Assembly: GCF_000820085.1 (NCBI RefSeq)
Contig: NZ_CDBN01000002.1
Coordinates: 7,743 to 31,742 of the forward strand
Length of the DNA: 24,000 nucleotides
Reading direction: 5' to 3'
Source: Aeromonas sanarellii
Lineage (GTDB): Bacteria > Pseudomonadota > Gammaproteobacteria > Enterobacterales > Aeromonadaceae
Shown here: positions 8,177-14,652 of the stretch, piece after piece
How positions within the stretch are numbered: position 1 is the first letter of the stretch
How the letters are laid out: each line of letters begins with the position of its first letter
Made by a program: the position numbers and the translations under genes
Notes under the pieces: model-generated
The model's input: only the letters and a program-made list of their open reading frames with translations
What the model was told of the DNA's origin: nothing
Databases searched by the model: none

Positions 8177-8560
8177 TTATGGCTGCGGCCGGGATCGGTG
8201 GCGCATCAGCAGGACCAGCATGATCCCCATGGCGATCAGCACCGCAAGGGAGGAGGCGGCGAGGAGGGGGTCGACCCGCTCCGGTGGCAGCAGCCGGCCA
8301 TAGAGCAGGTAGAGCCCCGCCGACATCACCAGCGCCCCCAGCTGGTGCAGGTAGAACTGCACGGACACCAGCCGCCCGCTCGGGTTGTCGAGCCACAGCC
8401 GGTGGCACAGGGCATAGATGAACGAGACCACGAAGCCGACCAGCATGATGTGGGCATGGGTCACGAACTGGCCGTGATCCTTGCTGGCGGCCATATGGAT
8501 GCCCAGCACCATGCCGAGCAGGGCATAGCAGAGGGCGCTGATGACGAACTTCCTGTCCAT
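8177..8560 (-). CDS. Small inner-membrane protein (about 4 TM helices), function unknown
   Basis: From ATG 8560 (RBS GGAG at 8567-8570): MDRKFVISALCYALLGMVLGIHMAASKDHGQFVTHAHIMLVGFVVSFIYALCHRLW... There are four hydrophobic segments with conserved-looking His residues (HM, HAH, H). The track start at 8626 adds an implausible Arg-rich leader. Confidence 0.7.
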   Translation of the reverse strand: MDRKFVISALCYALLGMVLGIHMAASKDHGQFVTHAHIMLVGFVVSFIYALCHRLWLDNPSGRLVSVQFYLHQLGALVMSAGLYLLYGRLLPPERVDPLLAASSLAVLIAMGIMLVLLMRHRSRPQP

Positions 8561-8883
8561 GGGATGGCTCCTTGCCGTGAAAACCGGCTTGAGTATAGTC
8601 CCGCGCCCGCGGCAGGCGGGGCGCACGGGGAGTGACTCCAGGGGAATGGCGCCAACATTTGATACCCGGGGGTGAGCAGGGTAAAGTCACACCCCCAAGA
8701 TGGCGGCCCTGCTGCCATGTTGGGATCGGTAGCTGGCCTCAGCCACGTCTTGCCTCGCTGACGCAGCAGCAAGCGGCTGGGCACCGATAGCACAGATGAT
8801 CGCGATCTTACGATGACAACCGGCGTAGCAGATGCAACGGTCCGCGGTCGCGACCAGATCAACAATCGTCTTTGGGGAAGTAA

Positions 8884-10101
8884 ATGGAACATAAACCATC
8901 GTTGGTGGGCGGGGCATGCATCATTGCCGGCGTCTGTGTGGGGGCTGGCATGCTGGGCCTGCCGAGTGCGGGCGCGGGGGCCTGGAGCCTCTGGTCCATG
9001 CTCGCGGTGGCGCTGACCATGGTGGTGATGACGGTCTCCGGCTGGATGCTGCTCGAATCCTATCGTGGCTACCCCCTGCGCGTCTCCTTCGATACCGTGA
9101 CCCGGGATCTGCTGGGGGAGAAGGTGAACGCCCTCAACAACCTCAGCGTCTATTTCGTCGGCGGCATCCTGCTCTACGCCTACATCACCTCGGCCGGCCT
9201 CATCATAGACGGCATGACGGGGATGGGCAGCCAGCTCTCCTCCATCCTCTTCACCCTGGCCTTCTCCCTGCTGGTGTGGCACTCCACCCGGGCGGTGGAC
9301 CGCATCTCGGTGCTGCTGGTGATCCTGATGGGGCTGAGCTTCGCCTTCGGCATCTCGGGCCTGTCCATGAACGTCCGCCTGGATCTGCTGCTGGATCGGG
9401 TCGGCAGCGAGACCCACTACGCCCCCTATGCCCTGGTGATGCTGCCGGTGGCGCTCACCTCCTTCGGCTATCACCACTCGGTGTCGTCCATGCGCGCCTA
9501 TTACGGCGAGGAGAAGCGTGCCAGCCGCGCCATCCTGGGGGGCACCCTGATCGCGCTCGCGTTTTACCTCGTCTGGCTGGTGAGCGTCTTTGGCAACCTG
9601 CCGCGCAGCGAGTTCGGCCCGGTGATCGCAGAGGGGGGCAACGTGGACGCCCTGCTCAAGGCGCTGGGCTCGGTGATCGAATCCAGGGCGGTGGCGAGCG
9701 CCCTCAACGCCTTCTCCATGGCGGCCATCCTCTCCTCCTTCATCGGGGTGGGGCTGGGGGTGTTCGACTACCTGGCGGATCTGTTCAAGTTCGACAACAG
9801 CCGGGGCGGCCGCGCCAAGTCCTGGGCGGTGACCTTTGTGCCGCCCCTGGTGCTCTCCCTGCTGTTCCCGTTCGGCTTCCTGGTGGCCATCGGCTACGCC
9901 GGTGCCGTCGCGACCCTCTGGACCTGCATCATACCGCCGCTGCTGGCCTGGAAGGTGCGGGCGGCTCAGGGCGACGAGGGCGAAGGCTTCCGCGCCCCCG
10001 GCGGGGTGCTGATGATCGCCCTGGTGATCGGTTTTGGCGTGCTGACCGCCGCCTTCCACCTGCTCAACATGGTCGAGCTGCTGCCCGCCTACAAGGGGTG
10101 A
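8884..10101 (+). CDS. Second HAAAP-family aromatic amino acid permease (paralog of 6857..8071)
   Basis: 405 aa, collinear with the upstream permease over its full length, roughly two-thirds to three-quarters identical by eye. Same family motifs ([48 protein letters not shown]). Confidence 0.9.
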   Translation: [405 protein letters not shown]

Positions 10102-10122
10102 TAGGCCTGCGATGCTGCGAGC

Positions 10123-10147
10123 AACGGCGCCTTCGGGCGCCGTTTTC
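10123..10147 (+). terminator. Rho-independent terminator after the second permease
   Basis: 9-bp stem aacggcgcc / ggcgccgtt with loop ttcg, then tttt. Confidence 0.75.
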
Positions 10148-10245
10148 TATGGCGTCGAGACGAAAGGGGCAAGAGGGCACAGGGACCGGCGACCCATGGT
10201 TATCCGGGAGGGGGCCTGAGCGTCAGGGCAAGCTTTCAGGGTCGG

Positions 10246-10413
10246 TCAGCGTGCCTGCCTGGCCACCAGGGTCTGCTCCACATAGGGGTCGCTGCGCCCC
10301 TTGAGCAGCTTGCCCATCCCCTGCTCCACGGTGGCGATGTCGAACAGCCTGTCCGGCGCGACCACCCTGGCCAGCATCTGCTCCGGCAGCTTGGCGCCGC
10401 GGCGAAACTCCAC
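10246..10413 (-). CDS. Possible short ORF or 3' gene remnant (55 aa from GTG 10413; 43 aa from ATG 10377)
   Basis: My own translation of the frame not in the track: (V)EFRRGAKLPEQMLARVVAPDRLFDIATVEQGMGKLLKGRSDPYVEQTLVARQAR*. Third codon positions are overwhelmingly G/C, like the real genes here. The two listed overlapping ORFs (10223..10492, 10236..10439) read as low-complexity junk. An in-frame TGA lies further upstream, and I recognise no family. Confidence 0.3.
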   Translation of the reverse strand: MEFRRGAKLPEQMLARVVAPDRLFDIATVEQGMGKLLKGRSDPYVEQTLVARQAR

Positions 10414-10628
10414 CCGATAGCCGGTCCCTTTGGCCCCACCGGCGAAGGGACCCGGAGGGGCTATAGTCAGACAGATGGCACCTGCGCGTCACTGCCTGCG
10501 GGCTGCCAGCTTTCGATCACCCCGTCCATCCACCAGACAGCTGCTGCCCGGCAGCACGGCCGCCATGGTAGTCAGGCCGTGCGTGATCCTGTTTTGCATC
10601 GTATTCACCCAACCGGGAGAGAGATGTT

Positions 10629-11195
10629 TTGTGCAAACACCTATTGGCCCTGGGCGTGCTCGCGGCCATCACCCTGGCCACGCCGGTCCAGGCCGAAGAG
10701 AAGGCCGGCATGCCAGCCATGACAGACGAGGCGATGATCGCCAGCGCCATGGCGGCGGCCCCCGTCAAGGTCGGGGCCGGCGCCACCGTCGTCGCCATGG
10801 GGGCGGACGGCAAGATGCGCACCCTGCGCGAGGGCGGCAATGGCTTCACCTGCATGCCAGACAACCCGGCCACGCCGGGGCCGGATCCTATGTGCATGGA
10901 CGCGGCGGCGATGGCCTGGGCCCATGCCTGGATCAACCACGAGATGCCGCCCAAGGGCAAGATTGGCTTCATGTACATGCTCAAGGGCGGCACCGATGCC
11001 AGCAACACCGACCCCTACGCGACCCAGCCCACCACCAGCAACAACTGGTTGCAGACCGGACCCCACGTGATGATCGTCGGGGCGGATGATGCCTTCTACG
11101 ACATGTATCCGAAGGGTGCAGATCCGGATACCTCTGCCCCCTACATCATGTGGTCTGGCACCCCCTATCAGCATCTGATGGCACCAGTGGAGTAA
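10629..11195 (+). CDS. Secreted/periplasmic Met-rich protein of unknown function
   Basis: TTG start with RBS GGGAGAG just upstream. Sec signal peptide MCKHLLALGVLAAITLATPVQA|EE. The mature part is Met-rich (MPAMTDEAMIASAMAAAP, PMCMD, FMYML) with two Cys. Confidence 0.72.
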   Translation: MCKHLLALGVLAAITLATPVQAEEKAGMPAMTDEAMIASAMAAAPVKVGAGATVVAMGADGKMRTLREGGNGFTCMPDNPATPGPDPMCMDAAAMAWAHAWINHEMPPKGKIGFMYMLKGGTDASNTDPYATQPTTSNNWLQTGPHVMIVGADDAFYDMYPKGADPDTSAPYIMWSGTPYQHLMAPVE

Positions 11196-11240
11196 GACGT
11201 TGTGTGCAGCAGGTCGGCGGCGTCGCGGCCGATCATCAAG

Positions 11241-11262
11241 AGGCGCCCGTCGGGCGCCTTTT
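11241..11262. terminator. Hairpin terminator between convergent genes
   Basis: aggcgccc gtc gggcgcct followed by tttg. It lies between the stop at 11195 (+) and the stop at 11315 (-). Confidence 0.55.
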
Positions 11263-11314
11263 GCATGGGGCTCGCTGGCGGTATGCCTGCGAGACGCGCC
11301 TGGGTGGCGGGCTC

Positions 11315-11794
11315 TCATTCCCGATAGCGGGCCGAGGTAATGAACTGTCCGAAGGTTTCACACCAGACGATCACGGTGTCGTAGCGGGCGGGGTCGATGC
11401 CGGCGGGGAGCGGCACGATAAAGTTGTCGAAGGTCTTCACCGGCCCGACATGCACCATCCGATCCTTCAGGCGGGCAAAGTCCGCCTCGGTCTCGACGAA
11501 GGCGGGCGACAGATAGAGCTGGTAGTCGGGGCCCGGCGCCAGCCTGCCCATCAGGCTGATGGCGTCCGGCCCTATGCTCACCTTGCCTTCCCCCCAGTGC
11601 AGCCGATCGCTGTCCTGCCGTTCCCGTTTGAAGGTGCCCTGATAGGTCGCCTGCGCCTGACGGGCCGCGACCTGTTCACCGCTTGGGGCGGGCGGCGCGA
11701 TCAGGATGGGCAGCAGATAGATGCCGGCGGCGAAGCCGGCAGCCCCCACCAGCAGATGGCTGGCCAGCAGCAGGGCCAGGGTCTTGCGTTGCAT
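11315..11794 (-). CDS. DM13 domain-containing protein with an N-terminal membrane anchor or signal
   Basis: 159 aa. Hydrophobic N-terminus (LALLLASHLLVGAAGFAAGIYLLPILI), then GTFKRERQDSDRLHWGEGKVSI...LAPGPDYQLYLSP...VPLPAGIDPARYDTVIVWCETFGQFITSA. This matches the DM13 pattern (H-W-G-x-G ... GPDL-x-VYL ... W-C). Confidence 0.82.
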   Translation of the reverse strand: MQRKTLALLLASHLLVGAAGFAAGIYLLPILIAPPAPSGEQVAARQAQATYQGTFKRERQDSDRLHWGEGKVSIGPDAISLMGRLAPGPDYQLYLSPAFVETEADFARLKDRMVHVGPVKTFDNFIVPLPAGIDPARYDTVIVWCETFGQFITSARYRE

Positions 11795-11897
11795 GGCTGT
11801 CTCGGTCGGTGATCAATGGATGGCCCAACATATCAGGGCCTGCCGCCCATGCCCATCCCGGGGGGCGTGAAAGGTGCTGACGTGAGGCTGCTCTCCC

Positions 11898-12464
11898 TCA
11901 ACGCTCCTGCTGCAATGTCCGGAGGGTGGCAATCAGCCGGCCGGCGTGGTCGCGGGCGCGCGCCTCGACCAGCTCCTGGGTGTTGTAGATCCCCGGGATA
12001 TAGACCATGCCGTGGCTCCAGATCGGCGGCTCGAAGACCATGCCGGTCAGGTAGGCCAGCTGCTCCAGGGGCTTGAGCAGCTCGGGGATGGCGAAGTGGT
12101 TGTACCCGAGCGTGCGGTAGGACTCCTGCGGCCCGCCCACGGTCAGGGAGAGCAGCAGCGGTTTGCCCTTGAGCTTGTCCCCCTCAGGCCCGTAGGCGAA
12201 GTTGAAGGTCATCACCTCGTCGATCCACTTCTTCAGCAGCGCCGGCACCGAGTACCAGTAGAAGGGGAACTGCAACACCAGGATGTCCGCGTCCAGCAGG
12301 GCCTGCTGCTCGGCCGCCACGTCGATGCGGCCATCGGGGTAGCGCTGGTCGAGGCGCCGCACCCGGACGTGGTCGACGGCCTCCTCAAGCTCGCCGAGGA
12401 TCACCCGGTTGGTGTAAGAGTGGGACAGGTCGGGATGACCGGAAATGACCAGCACCTTGCTCAT
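11898..12464 (-). CDS. Flavodoxin-like-fold NAD(P)H oxidoreductase (Flavodoxin_2; KefF/KefG/YwrO-like quinone reductase)
   Basis: From ATG 12464 (RBS AGGAGA upstream): MSKVLVISGHPDLSHSYTNRVIL...EQQALLDADILVLQFPFYWYSVPALLKKWIDEV. This is the typical family pattern (compare E. coli KefG ..[34 protein letters not shown]). The track start at 12569 adds 35 non-conserved residues. Confidence 0.85.
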   Translation of the reverse strand: MSKVLVISGHPDLSHSYTNRVILGELEEAVDHVRVRRLDQRYPDGRIDVAAEQQALLDADILVLQFPFYWYSVPALLKKWIDEVMTFNFAYGPEGDKLKGKPLLLSLTVGGPQESYRTLGYNHFAIPELLKPLEQLAYLTGMVFEPPIWSHGMVYIPGIYNTQELVEARARDHAGRLIATLRTLQQER

Positions 12465-12556
12465 GATGCGTTCTCCTGTGAAAGCCGTGATGGATGGATT
12501 GGCGCCACTATAAGGGGGAGAACTGTTTATTTTTAGACGGGATTGGGCAAAATGAT

Positions 12557-12575
12557 TGTTAGTCATCAACTAACA
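12557..12575. promoter_or_regulatory. Putative LysR-type regulator operator (T-N11-A within a perfect palindrome)
   Basis: TGTTAGT-catca-ACTAACA, a perfect 7-5-7 inverted repeat containing T(12560)-N11-A(12572). It lies in the divergent region between the oxidoreductase and the LysR gene. Confidence 0.5.
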
Positions 12576-12590
12576 ATGGCGGCTGCCACC

Positions 12591-13493
12591 ATGAAAGGAT
12601 CCACCTTCCACTGCCTGATGATTTTCCACTGTATCGTGCAGGAGGGGTCGATCCGCGGCGCCGCCCGCCGGCTCGAGATGTCGGCCCCGACCGTGAGCCT
12701 GGCTCTCAAGCAGCTGGAGCAGACCCTGGGGCTGGCGCTGTTTCGGCGCACCACCCGCAGCATGGAGCTGACCGAGGCGGGGCAACAGCTGCACGATCAG
12801 ACCGGCCACGCCATGGCGACGCTCGACGGCGCCCTGGAGCGGGTCGGGCAGCATGGCCGCGCCCCCGCCGGCAAGGTGCGCGTGACCCTGCCCCGCTTCG
12901 TGTTCCAGAGCTTCCTGCAGCCGCTCTATGCCGGTTTCTGCCGCCAGTACCCCGAGATCGAGCTGGAGCTGCACCTCTCGGACGCCACGGTCGACATCCT
13001 GCGGGAGGGGATAGATCTCGGCATTCGCTCAGGCGATCGGGTCGACGAGGGCATGGTGGCGCGGCCGCTGAGCGGCCCCCTGCGCGAGGCGCTGTTCGCC
13101 TCCCCCGACTACCTGGCCCGGCACGGCGAGCCGATGACGCCGGCGCAGCTCAGCGAACATCGGCTGATCCGCAACCGCTTCACCACCTCCAACCGCCTGT
13201 CCGCGCTGCGGCTGGCCCTCGACGACAACACGCCGGCCCCGGAGATGGGCACGGCGCTTATCGTCAACGACACCGACGCCATGATCGATGCCGCCAGGCA
13301 GGGGCTGGGCATCGGCAAGATGATCGAGCCGGTGGCAACCCCCCATCTCGCCGCCGGCACCCTGATGCCTGTGCTGGAGTCCTGGTGGGTGACCCACCCC
13401 GGCCTGCACCTCTACTACCGGCGGGAAAGTGCCCAGACCGGCCGGGTACGCGCCCTGATCGACTACCTGCTGGCCCATCGAATGCAGCCATAG
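12591..13493 (+). CDS. LysR-family transcriptional regulator
   Basis: N-terminal wHTH: MKGSTFHCLMIFHCIVQEGSIRGAARRLEMSAPTVSLALKQLEQTLGLALFRRTTRSMELTEAG, followed by a LysR substrate-binding domain. The start is uncertain: in-frame ATGs at 12543, 12552, 12576 and 12591. I chose 12591 because it lies downstream of the palindrome and gives the usual HTH offset. Confidence 0.85.
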   Translation: MKGSTFHCLMIFHCIVQEGSIRGAARRLEMSAPTVSLALKQLEQTLGLALFRRTTRSMELTEAGQQLHDQTGHAMATLDGALERVGQHGRAPAGKVRVTLPRFVFQSFLQPLYAGFCRQYPEIELELHLSDATVDILREGIDLGIRSGDRVDEGMVARPLSGPLREALFASPDYLARHGEPMTPAQLSEHRLIRNRFTTSNRLSALRLALDDNTPAPEMGTALIVNDTDAMIDAARQGLGIGKMIEPVATPHLAAGTLMPVLESWWVTHPGLHLYYRRESAQTGRVRALIDYLLAHRMQP

Positions 13494-13801
13494 GCAGCCT
13501 TCGTCAGGCTGTGGTCTGCACCAGATACCATCACCCCATGCGGGGTCGACTGGCGCGGCATAATCGGACGAACGAGTCGCCTTGGTTGCGGTTGTTGCCG
13601 TGAAACAGGGGCGGCCAACAGGAGGGGAAATTAGGTTTGGCCGTGAGAGCGGGAGAATGCAATTACGCGAACGTCCGATTACGCCTGACGGCTCATCGAA
13701 CCTAGGGGCTGCTCGGGTGAGAGAAAAATAGGTGGGTGTCACAGTTTTTAATTGTGTTAATGTGCTTTTATTAAATCTGTTCAGGGATATGAGTAGCAAT
13801 T

Positions 13802-14488
13802 ATGGATATTGTAGATTTTATAAGAAAATTTATTTTTGAGTTATCAGAGCAATTAGAAAAATCAGAATTATACCTCACAATCTTTGCCGCTTTATTAGGT
13901 GCAGTAGTCGGAGCACTGCTTACAATGCTTGTGTCGATTCTCTCTGGGTTTTTGAATAAATTAAGCTATAACAAATTGGTCAGAATGCAAATTCATCATA
14001 TAACCGAATCTAATATAATGCGATGTCAAGTTAATATAGGTGTTCTAGATAATGAGATTGATGGATTATCTTCTCGGGGAAAATTCACATTGAATGGTCT
14101 TGCTTTGCTTCAAGACTACGAAAATACGTTACTTTATACACCTGCAAAATTTAGACCTACAGAGTTTTTTTTAATCCGCATGCAAACCACAGCATTGAAC
14201 TCACATCATGCGCAACTAGCGTCAATGCTAGAACAAAGAGCCAGGCTAGATATAGAGATTAGAAAAGCCTCCCAAGGTGAGCAGGAGTGGGAATTAACAG
14301 GGCTAAGGCTCGAATATGATAGGCACCTTAAAAATAAATTTTCTGAGATACAAGAGTTTACAAAAGCCCTTAGAGATTATATTGACCTTGGATGTCTCAA
14401 ACGATTTGTTATGAATTTCATCCCACTAAGAGTGATTAAAAGTCAGTCAATGAAAGCTGTCATGGAGACACCAACTCAGACTAACTAA
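13802..14488 (+). CDS. Orphan hypothetical protein with one TM helix and a coiled-coil-like C-terminal part, in a low-GC islet
   Basis: 228-aa ORF with A/T-rich codons, in strong contrast to the neighbours. Hydrophobic helix LYLTIFAALLGAVVGALLTMLVSILSGFL, then a heptad-like charged region (LASMLEQRARLDIEIRKASQGEQEWELTGLRLEYDRHLKNKFSEIQEF). I recognise no domain. Confidence 0.65.
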   Translation: MDIVDFIRKFIFELSEQLEKSELYLTIFAALLGAVVGALLTMLVSILSGFLNKLSYNKLVRMQIHHITESNIMRCQVNIGVLDNEIDGLSSRGKFTLNGLALLQDYENTLLYTPAKFRPTEFFLIRMQTTALNSHHAQLASMLEQRARLDIEIRKASQGEQEWELTGLRLEYDRHLKNKFSEIQEFTKALRDYIDLGCLKRFVMNFIPLRVIKSQSMKAVMETPTQTN

Positions 14489-14601
14489 CTGGCACTCTAC
14501 ATTACATTGGAGGACCAATTAGGTAGATCTATTAATTATTCCTTAACCATTACACCATCTGTTTTATTAGTGAATGTTAAATATATTGGTAAGGACTCAA
14601 T

Positions 14602-14631
14602 AAAAACGGCGCCTTAGCGGCGCCGTTTTTT
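14602..14631. terminator. Bidirectional rho-independent terminator (glyS on the minus strand, islet ORF on the plus strand)
   Basis: aaaaacggcgcc ttagc ggcgccgtttttt. GC stem cggcgcc/ggcgccg flanked by an A5 run and a T6 run. Confidence 0.8.
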
Positions 14632-14652
14632 ATATCACTAACCCAACCAAGA

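Noticed and set aside
8813-9016. 67-aa plus-strand ORF with several Trp codons (..NRLWGSKWNINHRWWAGH..) upstream of and overlapping the second permease. I considered it as a Trp-sensing leader peptide.
   Set aside because: It overlaps the permease start out of frame for >130 nt. It has no Shine-Dalgarno and lacks the W-x3-D-x7-P spacing. The Trp codons arise from frame-shifted reading of the conserved permease N-terminus. I also found no TrpR or TyrR box in 8627-8883.
13627-14527. 8-mer aattaggt present on both sides of the low-GC islet (about 13629 and 14517), considered as a possible target-site duplication.
   Set aside because: It is too short and A/T-rich to be significant. One copy is inside the low-GC segment itself. 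There are no associated inverted repeats or a recombinase.
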